DNA of 64,000 bases from Macrostomum hystrix (lineage: Eukaryota > Animalia > Platyhelminthes): NCBI GenBank assembly GCA_950097015.1, contig CATNEN010000038.1, forward strand, positions 26,598,001 to 26,662,000. The letters run 5' to 3'. Both the position numbers and the translations under genes were made by a program. The notes below the pieces were generated by a model. That model made no database searches. It was not told the DNA's origin and saw only the letters and a program-made list of their open reading frames with translations. Below are positions 38,601-49,515 of the stretch, in pieces (positions within the stretch are counted from its first letter, which is position 1; each line of letters begins with the position of its first letter).

Positions 38601-41600
38601 GACAATCTGATGGCGCACTTCCGCCGCACTCTGGCACCGGAATGCAAACCTGATCAGGCAAGTCACTCGATCCCCTGTCACTTCCATCTGTACAGTCACT
38701 TCTAACCCCAATCACTTTTATCCCCAGTCACTTCTAACCCGCAATCATTTTTATCCCTAATAACTTTTATCCCCAGTCATTTTTATTCCCAGTCTATTCT
38801 ATTCGTAGTCACTTCTATCGCCAATCACTTTTATCCCCAGTCACATCTATCCACTGTCACTTTTATCCCCAGTCACATCCATCAACTGTCGCTTTTATCC
38901 CCAGTCACATCCATCCACTGTCACATCCATCCACTGTCACATCCATCCACTGTCACATCCATCCACTGTCGCTTTTATCCCCAGTCACATCCATCCATTG
39001 TCACATCCATCCACTGTCACATCCATCCACTGTCACTTTTATCCCCAGTCACATCCATTCACTGTCACATCCATCCACTGTCACTTTTATCCCCAGTCAC
39101 TTCCATCCACTGTCGCTTTTATCCCCAGTCACATCCATCCACTGTCACATCCATCCACTGTCGCTTTTATCCCCAGTCACATCCATCCACTGTCACATCC
39201 ATCCACTGTCACTTTTATCCCCAGTCACATCCATCCCCAGTCACTTCCATCCACTGTCACTTTTATCCCCAGTCACATCCATCCACTGTCACTTTTATCC
39301 CCAGTCACATCCATCCACTGTCACTTTTATCCCCAGTCACTTCCATCCACTGTCACATCCATCCACTGTCACTTTTATCCCCAGTCACTTCCATCCACTG
39401 TCACATCCATCCACTGTCACATCCATCCACTGTCACTTTTATCCCCAGTCACTTCCATCCACTGTCACTTTTATCCCCAGTCACATCCATCCACTGTCAC
39501 TTTTATCCCCAGTCACTTCCATCCACTGTCACTTTTATCCCCAGTCACATCCATCCACTGTCACTTTTATCCCCAGTCACTTCCATCCACTGTCACTTTT
39601 ATCCCCAGTCACATCCATCCACTGTCACTTTTATCCCCAGTCACATCCATCTACTGTCAGTTTTATCCCCAGTCTTTTCTATCCCTAATTACTTCTATCC
39701 TCAGTCACCTTTATCTCCAGTCACTTCCATCTCCTACCAGGTAAAAACCGCTGTCCAATGCCTAGGCGCTGTGTGTCGTCAGGCTCGCGCCAAATGCGGC
39801 CCCCACCTGTCCAGCCTGCTGCCGTTGGTCATTCAACACTGCCGCTCTGGTGGCAGCAACGACGATGAATTGCGCGAGCTCTGTCTAGCTTGCCTGGAGG
39901 CCTGCGTGCGCAGCTGCCCTAAAGAATCCGCTGGCTTTGTCCCGGACATTCTGCCCCTGTGTCTTCAGCTGCTGCGCTACGATCCCAATTATTCCTACGA
40001 CAATGAGGACATTGTTATTGGCGACTCGGCTATGCCGTCGGCCTACGATGACGACGATGCTAACGATTTCAACGATGGCGGTGAGGACGACGAAGATGAG
40101 GAGGAAGACGCCTATAGCGATGATGACGACTTGTCCTGGAAGGTGCGCAGAGGAGCTGCCAAGACACTGCAGTGCTGCGTGCTCAACTATATGGATATGC
40201 TGCCCGAGTTCTATGACTCCGTGGCCCCCGTGCTCATCCAGCGCTTCATTGGTGAGCCGCTGTTTGAGTTCAGTTGATAAAGCTCAGTAACCCTTGCTAT
40301 ATCATAGGAATACACTGGCATACAATATATATATACCCTTCCTTTCTCATCGTCAAGCATATCAGTTAATCATATTCTAACTCTCGAGACTTATCTTCCA
40401 GAGGCTCGAAGCTCAAACCACAGAGCCACACGCAACCTTATTATGCTACTATTATATATAAGTACTATTGTAAGCGTATTACTAACGAAAATTACCGTTT
40501 CTTTAAATTTCTTTAGAGCGTGAAGAAAATGTGAAAAGCGAAGTATTCCAGGCCTTCATTGCCATCCTGACTCAAACTGGCAATCTGAGTAGCGTTGCCG
40601 CCGCTGCCACCGCGGCCGCCACAGAGGATCGCATGGAGATTGATGATTCTTCGCCAGCTCGCCAATTATCAGGCTTAGTGCCGGCCATTATGCAAAATCT
40701 GCACCGGGCTCTGAAGCATAGATCAGTGCGCACCAGGAGCGGTGCTTTCCATATCCTGCGCGAATTATGCAACGTGCTGCCCGGCTGTCTGCGGCTCCAT
40801 CTAGGTCACGTGCTGCCGGGCTTGCGATTCACAATCGGGTGAGAATGCGTCTCTTGTGAATTGCTCGCCTTACTACTTCTCACGCAAATTAAATGAGTTT
40901 TTTTATTTGTCACAGTTACTACTTTAAGCATACAATATGTGAATTTTATTTCAGCGACAAACAATCGGTGAACAATACAAAGATTGACGCTGTCCAGTTT
41001 CTAAATACGCTGTTGCGCACCCACACGCCGGAGACCTTCTATCCGCATCTGCCTACGATTCTGGATTATGTTCTGGCCTGTGTGAAGGATCCCTTCTATC
41101 GCATCTGTTCTGAGGCGTTGCTAGCCGCAACAATCCTAGCAACCATAATTCGTCCATTTGAGCCCACTGGAATAAGTCCGGCGCCGGATCACCAGAGGCT
41201 AACGTCGATTATGTATCCTCAGGTGATGCAGGTCCTAGTTGCAGTGGATAAGGACCAGGAGGTCAAGGATCGATCTATTACTTGTGTGTAAGTAATAATC
41301 CGATATGTTGCGAAAAAAAGTCAAATCAAAGTGTGTTTTAAAGACAGATGTTACATGTACTGAGAAATAAAAATGATTAAACCTCCACATTATACAAGGT
41401 ACTATTTTTAACATGTCCGATACATTAGTATACAGAGTCTTTCATTGCCGATATGTATCGAAAACTGTATTTTCAACACGTAAGCTGAATTGAAACTTTC
41501 ATGTACACCAAATTTTTAGCGCCTCAATTCTCTATCACTCGGCTGACAGTCTGCAGCCGCATCTTTGTGATTGCCTGAGCATTCTATGCAGTCGATTGCA

Positions 41601-44600
41601 GAATGAAGTTACTCGACTGACTGCTGTTAAGGCGATTGACAAGATTGCCAAATCGCCGCTGAAAATTGATTTGTCAACTATTCTTGTAAGTAAAAGAAAG
41701 AAAGAAAATGTTTTTTTTCATTTTATTGGCAAAACTTTTTGATCCCCTGTGTGAATAAAGTGCAATAAAAACTAAAAAGTATTTGGCAGCGGTGGGATTC
41801 GAACCCACGCCCTTTCGGACTGGTGCCTTAAACCAGCGCCTTAGACCGCTCGGCCACGCTACCTTGCTCCCAATGCAATATCTGGTGCCTGTTTATACTT
41901 TTTGTACTGTGTAATAAAACATTTTCCAGAACCAATGCATCGAGACTATGGGCTCACTATTGAGAAAGAATCAGCGCACTCTGCGCATTCACACACTACT
42001 ATGCCTACAGACGCTGTTCTCAAACTACAGTGAGTCCTATCACTATTACATTTGCCTGCAGTTGGCGGTCTTCCGTGATCCTTGAATTAGCTAAACCAAT
42101 TCTATTTTTCCTCAGGCGCCCAAGTAACCGAGCAGCAGATTATCTGCATCATTGAGGAGCTACCACCCCTAATTAGCGGTATCGAGTCGGACGTTGCTTC
42201 CAGCCAGCAGTCGGTGGCCTTGGCAACCGTTATGCTCCAACGCATGGGCGCCCAGGCCGCGGAGCCTCTGCGCTCTCGCGTCCTACCCGTAGCTTGCAGC
42301 CTGGCCTACAGCCACCACCTGCACGGCGGCGCGCTGGACGCTCTACTGGACTTCTTCGGCCAGGCTGTTCTGCCGCAACCAGCTGCATCCTGCTCAGATG
42401 GGCCCGAGCTGCTTAAGGCTCTGCTGCACGGCGAGCGGGGACAGGTGAGAGATCCGAGTTGAGAAGCTTTTACTTTGACTTCTCCGAGTTTCATGTTTCG
42501 GGTTGGGTTCTTCCTCTCCAAAATTCATATTTCGGGTTGGGTTCTTCCTCTCCAAAATTCATATTTCGGGTTGGGTTCTTCCTCTCCAAAATTCATATTT
42601 CGGGTTGGGTTCTTCCTCTCCAAAATTCATATTTCGGGTTGGGTTCTTCCTCTCCAAAATTCATATTTCGGGTTGGGTTCTTCCTCTCCAAAATTCATAT
42701 TTCGGGTTGGGTTCTTCCTCTTCAAAATTCATATTTCGGGTTGGGTTCTTCCTCTTCAAAATTCATATTTCGGGTTGGGTTCTTCCTCTCCAAAATTCAT
42801 ATTTCGGGTTGGGTTCTTCCTCTTCAAAATTCATATTTCGGGTTGGGTTCTTCCTCTCCAAAATTCATATTTCGGGTTGGGTTCTTCCACTCCGAAATTC
42901 ATATTTCGGGTTTGGTTCTTCCTCTCCAGATTTCGGGTTCTTACCGAATTATATATTTTTAGGTTCAATTCTTCTCCGAATTCCAGGTCATCTTTTCAGA
43001 ATTACTGATTTCTGTTTTAACCTCTTTCCTCTTATTGTCCATGGCTATCTGTTTATAATAAAGTGTACTTTCCTCTGCATCCGCCACAATCGCAGGTATT
43101 CTTCGCCGCCCCAGTTACCGGAGCAATGCGCAACGAAGTGTACTTTAACTTGGCTCGCTGCGCCGCCCAAATCACCGTGCACAGCTCCGAGGCGGCGCGT
43201 TCGGCCCTAATTCGCGACTGGATCGGCCTAGTAACAGCTGATCCGCAACAGCAGACTGCTGATAGTCGGCGACTATTCGCTCTTCTCACCCTTGGCGAGA
43301 TCGGAAAGCACATGTGAGAATAGTAGCTGAGCTGTGCCTCCGTACCTTTTCAAATACAGTTAGACAGGCCATACCAGAACACCATTTCGAATACTGTTAG
43401 ACAGGCCATACCAGAACACCATTTCAAATACTGTTAGACAGGCCATACCAGAACACCATTTCAAATACTGTTAGACAGGCCATACCAGAACACCATTTCA
43501 AATACTGTTAGACAGGCCATACTATAATTTATAGAACACCATTTCAAATACTGTTGTTGGACAGGCTATTCTAGAATTTTATAGGGGGTTGTAGCCTAGT
43601 GATTAGAGCGTCGGACACACTACTTGAAGGTCGGGGGTTCGATTCCCGACTCCACTTGCACAATTTGTGCCTTCAAGTAAGACACAAACTCTGCATTACT
43701 TTGAATCAGCTTAGGCAATAGAGGGTGGGTGTGGCGTCCTCCCAGTCCACCAGTCCATGGACTGAACAGCCGTACGCAGTCTTCAGACGCGCCGCACAAA
43801 ATCGCACCTGGCTCGATTAGGGCAGGTGTAATCAAATAAAAAAAATTAATTTCTATTATAATTATAGCTACATCACCAATTCAAATACTGTTTGACTTAA
43901 TGTAACTAGAGTCAAATGTTAATCTTCCTATTCAGCGATCTCAGCCCGCACAGCGACCTCAGCGAAGCCCTGTCCGCCGCGTTTCACAATCCGCAAGAGG
44001 ACTGGCAGACTGGCGCAGCGGCCATCGCTCTAGGCAAGATTTCTCTAGGCAATCTGGGCGCATTCGTGCCCTACATTCTGGATCGCATTGGTTCTGTTGG
44101 CGGCGCAACCGAGGCGCGCAATCATTATTTCATGCTGCACGCACTGAAAGAGATCATCTCACACGTGGCTGCGGCCAACTCGGGTGCCAATTTCGCCCCA
44201 CTGAAACCGCACGTGCCGCAGATTTGGTCCCTATTGGAGCGAAGCGCATTGTCCACTGAGGAGGGGGCGCGGAATCTTGTGTCAGAGTGCCTTGGCAAAC
44301 TGGCTCTGCTCGATTCGGCAGGCCTGCTGCCTCGGCTGAGCGAACTGCTGGCTACTTCTGAGTGAGTCCATAAACTGTTCTTAATATTACCAACTGTGTA
44401 TGGTTGCCATGCGAGGTCGGCAGTTCGAATCTAGTTGTGTCCTAGAGTTAGAAACTTTATTTCCTAGTGATTGATTAAACCAAGCTGTAAAAATAGGTAC
44501 CAGCCTTAGCTAGAGTGGATATTTTGGTGGGTTAGGTGTCGTTTCTATTTGAGTTTTCAAATCGCTAACTCGAATTGCACTTTATCCATGTTTGTTATGC

Positions 44601-47034
44601 ATACTCCCGAATCCCCAGGTTAATCCTCCCCACTCTCAAATCCCCACATTAATCCCACCCACTCCCAAATCCCTATGTTTATCCTACCAACTCCCAAATC
44701 CCCAGATAAATCTACCCACTCCCGAATCCCCAGTTTAATTCTACTACGCTCCTAAATACGCAGATTATTCCTATCACATCCCAAATTCACACGTTAATCC
44801 TACCCACTCCCAAATCCCCAGATTAATCCTACCAACTCCCAAATCACAAGGCTAATCCTACCCACTCCCAAATCCCTAGATTAATCCTACCCACTCCCAA
44901 ATCCCCAGATTAATCCTACCCACTCCCAAATCCCCATATTAATCCTACCCACTCTCAAATCCCTATGTTAATCCTACCCACTCCGAAATCCCAGATAAAT
45001 CCTAACACTCCCAAATTCCCAGATTAATCCTACCTACTCCCGAATCCCTATATTAATCCTACTACGCTCCTAAATACCCATATTATTCCTATCACATCCC
45101 AAATTCACACGTTAACTCTACCACACTCCTTAATCCCTAGGATAATCCTACCACATCCCAAATCCACACGTTAATTCTACCACACTCCTTAATCCCTAGG
45201 ATAATCCTCACGCATCCCAAATCCTCTCATCAGTCTAGTGAATTTACCTTTTTTGTTTTACTCCCAATCCGCCCACAGCGATTCGCCCCTGATGCTTAGC
45301 ACAGTCCTCACAGCCATCAAGTTCTGCTTCATACCGCAGCCGCACCCGGCCGATCGCCAGCTAAAATCTCTAGTGCCTCGCATCATCGCCTGTCTGGGCC
45401 ACGCGGACCTCACTGTACGCCGTGCGGCACTGGTTGCCATTAACACCGGTGTGCACAATAAGACTGGTCTAATTCGAGACCATCTAGACAGCTTGTTGCC
45501 GAAAATCTATAAGGGCACCGCTGTTGACGAATCGCTAATTAGAGTCATCAATATGGGCCCGTTCTCGCACAAGGAGGATGCCGGACTCGATCTCAGAAAG
45601 GTGACCAATTTAGCTGAGTAGCTTGTTATGGTGCATGCCCTTTAGGTTTAGGCTTCCTAACTACGAGCCTAATGCTGACATTTCATACCAAGGCAAAGAA
45701 AAAATTGTGCCCAAGCTTTTTGTCTGAACAGATTTCTATTTTTACGAGACCAATGTAATATTTTTCTCCCACTTGAACAAAATTTCAATCTGAAGATCTC
45801 ACGATAGAACTTCTTAAGAAAGTCCTGCAAGAAATACTTCCAATTTTATTTAATAAAAAACAGGATCTTCTTGCATTTCTCGCAAGGAAATGGTTTATTT
45901 TTTATTCATACCGCTTATTATAAATTATCATCTGAAAGTGATCAAGCATTCGTACAGTCATCTTTAGGGTGAGATAATCCAATATTAATCTTTGGAATGA
46001 TTTAATCCAGTAGTCATCTCTGGGTAGGATTATCAAATAGTTATCTTTGGATAATTAATTTAATAATTCATTTCACCTGACCTAATTGGGCCAGATGTGC
46101 AGCCGACAGCACAGCCGCAGATATTTCGCGGCGCATCTGAAGACTGCGTACAGCTGTTTAGTCCATGGACTGGTGGACGCCACACCCACCTTCCATTGTC
46201 CCAGCTAATGCTGGTACCCATTTACAGCTGGGTGAATTTAAGCAATGCAGAGTTTAGTGTCTTGCTAAAGGACACAAAGTGTTCCTGTGGATTGTTCCTG
46301 TAGAATCAGGAATCGAACCCCCGACCTTCAAGTCGTGAGTCCGACGCCCTAACCACTAGGCTACAGCATATCTTTGGGTAGGATTATCAAATAGTCACCT
46401 TTAAATGTTCATATTTGGAGTGAGATTATCCAATAATCATCTAGAGTGAGATTATCTTGGACTGAGCTAATCGATTGCTTATCTCTAGGACAACTCCAAT
46501 ATTTAGAGTCACCCTTCTCCTCCACCCCAGGTGACATTCGAGTGCCTGTACACACTGGCCGAGCACTGTGTGGACCGCATCGACTTATTCACCTTCATCC
46601 AGCATATTGAGGTTGGCCTAAAAGATGTGCCGGACATTCGCATCCTCTGCTTCCTTATCCTGGAGCGGCTGTGCGCCAGAGCTCCCAGCACTGTATTCGC
46701 CGCCACAGACAGTCTAGTGCCGGCGATTCGGGCCACATTTGCCGAGAAAGCCAGCGAGAAGTCCGTCCGGGCCGAGTTAGACAAGCAAATCGAACTGAAG
46801 CACGCCGCTATGCGTGTATTCCTGTGCCTGGCTAAACTGGGCGACTCCAAAGCTGTTCTGGATTGCACCCAGATGATCATGTCAGATAGGGGCGGAATGG
46901 CTGCCTCAACGGCTGGCTTGACTCAGCAGCAGTTGCATCACCAGCAGCAGCAGCAGCATCAGGCAGCGCCAACTGCCGTTAGCCTATACCAGCTCTACCT
47001 GACTGTGGAAAAGGAGCTAGCCAATCAGAATTGA
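35601..47034 (+). CDS. CAND1: Cullin-associated NEDD8-dissociated protein 1, ~1311 aa; exons 35601-35651, 37383-37574, 37645-37788, 38340-38657, 39741-40251, 40517-40838, 40955-41287, 41520-41685, 41930-42029, 42116-42444, 43096-43313, 43936-44361, 45279-45600, 46531-47034
   Basis: Hallmark motifs [45 protein letters not shown]...[61 protein letters not shown] and [16 protein letters not shown]. The exons sum to 3936 nt in frame. Confidence 0.95.
36193..36432 (+). mobile_element. hAT-like MITE, copy 3 (more decayed) in CAND1 intron 1
   Basis: Homologous to copies 1 and 2; flanked by TTTAAGTAA on both sides. Confidence 0.85.
37892..38256. repeat. 70-bp tandem repeat (~5 copies) in CAND1 intron 3
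   Basis: TGATCAAAGC at 37911, 37981, 38051, 38121 and 38191. Confidence 0.93.
38660..39735. repeat. 16/17-bp two-variant repeat (GTCACATCCATCCACT / GTCACTTTTATCCCCA) filling CAND1 intron 4
   Basis: Runs essentially from donor to acceptor. Confidence 0.94.
41784..41863 (-). tRNA. tRNA-Leu(AAG), antisense inside CAND1 intron 8
   Basis: GGTAGCGTGGCCGAGCGGTCTAAGGCGCTGGTTTAAGGCACCAGTCCGAAAGGGCGTGGGTTCGAATCCCACCGCTGCCA: complete cloverleaf, anticodon stem CTGGT/ACCAG, long variable arm, intact A/B boxes, T5 terminator ~5 nt downstream. Confidence 0.96.
42480..42945. repeat. 34-bp minisatellite (TTTCGGGTTGGGTTCTTCCTCTCCAAAATTCATA) in CAND1 intron 10
   Basis: ~13 units. Confidence 0.94.
43345..43565. 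repeat. 37-bp tandem repeat (TTCAAATACTGTTAGACAGGCCATACCAGAACACCAT) in CAND1 intron 11
   Basis: ~5 units. Confidence 0.9.
43584..43845 (+). mobile_element. tRNA-derived SINE (family B), sense copy
   Basis: A box TAGCCTAGTGATT, B box GGTTCGATTCC, A-rich tail. Body CCAGTCCATGGACT...GCAGTCTTCAGA is shared with the copy at 46055-46367. Confidence 0.85.
44395..44515 (+). mobile_element. Decayed SINE remnant
   Basis: B-box-like AGTTCGAATCT and CCAAGCTGTAAAAATAGGTACCAGC, similar to the core of the SINE at 46055. Confidence 0.5.
44590..45230. repeat. Degenerate ~29-30-bp C-rich repeat (TTAATCCTACCCACTCCCAAATCCCCAGA) in CAND1 intron 12
   Basis: Visible directly. Confidence 0.9.
46055..46367 (-). 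mobile_element. tRNA-derived SINE (family B), antisense copy with Meta-domain-like core
   Basis: Minus strand TGTAGCCTAGTGGTTAGGGCG...GGTTCGATTCC head, then GTGTCCTTTAGCAAGACACT...CACCCAGCTGTAAATGGGTACC, which resembles the conserved central domain of MetaSINE-type elements (recalled, not aligned). Confidence 0.85.
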
Positions 47035-49327
47035 AAAAATTATAGGCGTTTTTTCTAAGCTTGTGCGCTTGTCCTATTTAATGTTCTAACAAGTCGTGCT
47101 TGCTTTTTAATAAGCTTGAAGCTTTTGTTTCTTTGCGTGAAAAATAGTCTCACGCGTCTGATTGTTATTTGGAGTATCGTTAATAGGTTTTTGCATTGTT
47201 CTATATAACACTTTGCTAACTCGTTTATTAAAACTGATTCAGAAATGAAGATGCGCCTGAAACTCTCTGACCATTCATACCTATATGCCTATATGCAGTG
47301 TTTAACTTGATAATCCCGATGAATCGCTACGCATGCAATTTTTTCTCTGAAAAAGGTCTAGGTTAAAAACACTGGTTTAAAAATTGCTACACTTTACCTA
47401 ACATAATGTAGCTTAAAAACTACTAATACTATTCATCTGCAGTCTCTAAATTGTATGCTATCTGTTTGACTGTCCTTTTTACCGTATATTAGCGCTAGCC
47501 TGCTAGCATCAATTACTATTTGCACATTTTAATAATTATATATTAAAATTAACATTAATCCTATAACTATACATTCAATTTGTTTTTTTAGCATTCTATT
47601 GGTAAACACTTTCCCCTCTATATCTGTATTGTAAAGTTAATTTTTCTGAAAGTACATCATTTTCCTGTCGTAATCTTTATCTTCTCCGAATTAACAAAAT
47701 TTGCTCACCGTTTTGCAAGTAACTGCACCTTTTAAGACTGAATAAAGTGAGCAGGCCATCTTATGCTCCTAAAAAATTCACTCCACCTGAAAAAATCCGT
47801 CGCTAACTAAATTAGGCAAAACTAAAACTAAACTTACAACTAGTAGCTACAGCTACAGTAACTATAGCTACTAGCAAATTCAAAGCATTTATTTAACAAA
47901 ATTAACTATATATTATACATTTTCAGTCTTGTGCCAGCAGTCCTGTATAAGTTTATACTATAAAAATTACCATAATTAAATCAATACATTTATGATACAT
48001 GATACACTAATTAGACAGTCATTTTATTTGTAGCATAAAGAAACTTACAAACTCAAATTGAAGGTTATGTATAACACAAGAGCGATTAAGCAGGTCTGAG
48101 TTCAACAGAAAAATTAACTGCAATCACATGTAAAACCATATTTGCCACTTTAGCTAAATGTAAATAACTACCTTCTCAAGTAAGGTGACTGAATAATAAA
48201 GTATATATTCATAAAGTCGTCTTTTAAAAGAAATAAGCTTTCATGAATGTCTAAACCATTTTTAGATTTAAAAAAATTGAAAAAATTATATAAGAAAAAA
48301 TTAAGAATCAAAAGTTTTTCTTTACTTGATACTTTATAATTTGTTAAATACTCAAAAGGCTTACAAAACATGCCAACAATTTATTGTAAAACATTTATTG
48401 TCTATAATATACATGTTTTTTCACAGAAAAATGACTGAAAAAATTAAACTAACGTTTTTGCTCGATTATAAATGTAAAAATTCTAAATGTTAAAAAATAA
48501 ACGGAATTCTATTGACAATTGCTACGATCAAAACCTACATTAGATAAAGCTTGTTGCAAGTGGTCAGTTTCACGTGGCTTATTTAAACTCGTGCCAGTTA
48601 CTTTAATAAACTATATACTCTTAAAAACAAGCTATACTTATTATAAAACGCACACGTTGACAGTAAAATTGTCAGCTAGCATCAGTGATAAAAATATTAA
48701 AACGGAAAATATAACTACTCTTATTTTATAAACATTTTAAGCAGACAAGCCGGAAATCTAAATAAATAAGTCCTAAATACACTTCATTAACTTACTATTT
48801 AGAAAAAAATGTAACAGTTGCCGAATTTTAAAAACAAAAGAACTATATTGCATTAAAAAATTGGTTTATAGCATTAATTTTTTGTAAAAAAAATTGCATA
48901 GACAACGCTAGGGATTAAAATATATCAAACAACTGCTTGCTTTCTTTACGCTAAAAAAGTTGCTGATGTGTGGCTGTAAGCTAATATTTAACTTAAAAGA
49001 AGTGTTAATGTATTTCAAAATAATGAAGTTAATATTAGTTGTAAAAGCACTAAAACAGTTAATAAAAAAATAGTTTGCGATGAATTGGAGCATCCTAAGC
49101 AAGTCCTATGCCGAGACTAGCAGCACCTATTTTTTTAATAACATATCCAACTGAGAAACATTAAATTCCTTCAAAAACGAAAATATTATATTGACAAAAA
49201 ACACGCACCACAATCTGTTACAAAGGTTTGTCTTAATCGTTTCCGGAATGATTTTTATACTAACGACAATCGTAATAGTTCGTGAATAGGCCGATGTGTT
49301 CCTCGACAGAAATTTAAATTACATTCG

Positions 49328-49336
49328 CTTTCTTTT
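49328..49336 (+). promoter_or_regulatory. Candidate 5'TOP/TCT start site of EF1-alpha, followed by a 5'-UTR intron 49386-49504
   Basis: CTTTCTTTT pyrimidine run upstream of the donor GTAAGT (49386) and acceptor TTCTAG (49504), 11 nt before the ATG. EF1A mRNAs are classical TOP mRNAs. Confidence 0.45.
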
Positions 49337-49515
49337 ACAATTACTCGCTTACGGTTTAGCTAGAAGTCTTTCAAGCAGTAAAACAGTAAGTTGACTGATA
49401 TTCTATTTTATATGCACATCATACGCTTAAATTACTTCCACATTTAGCACCACATATATCTACTATTCATAAGATTTATTCATTATCCCTATTTTAACTT
49501 CTAGTATATAAGGAA

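Noticed and set aside
43584-43665. Additional tRNA genes (also 46300-46367 and 27750-27821)
   Set aside because: A/B boxes are present but acceptor stems do not close, and each continues into a SINE-like body and tail.
44590-45230. Interstitial telomeric repeat
   Set aside because: The unit is ~30 bp and does not contain tandem CCCTAA.
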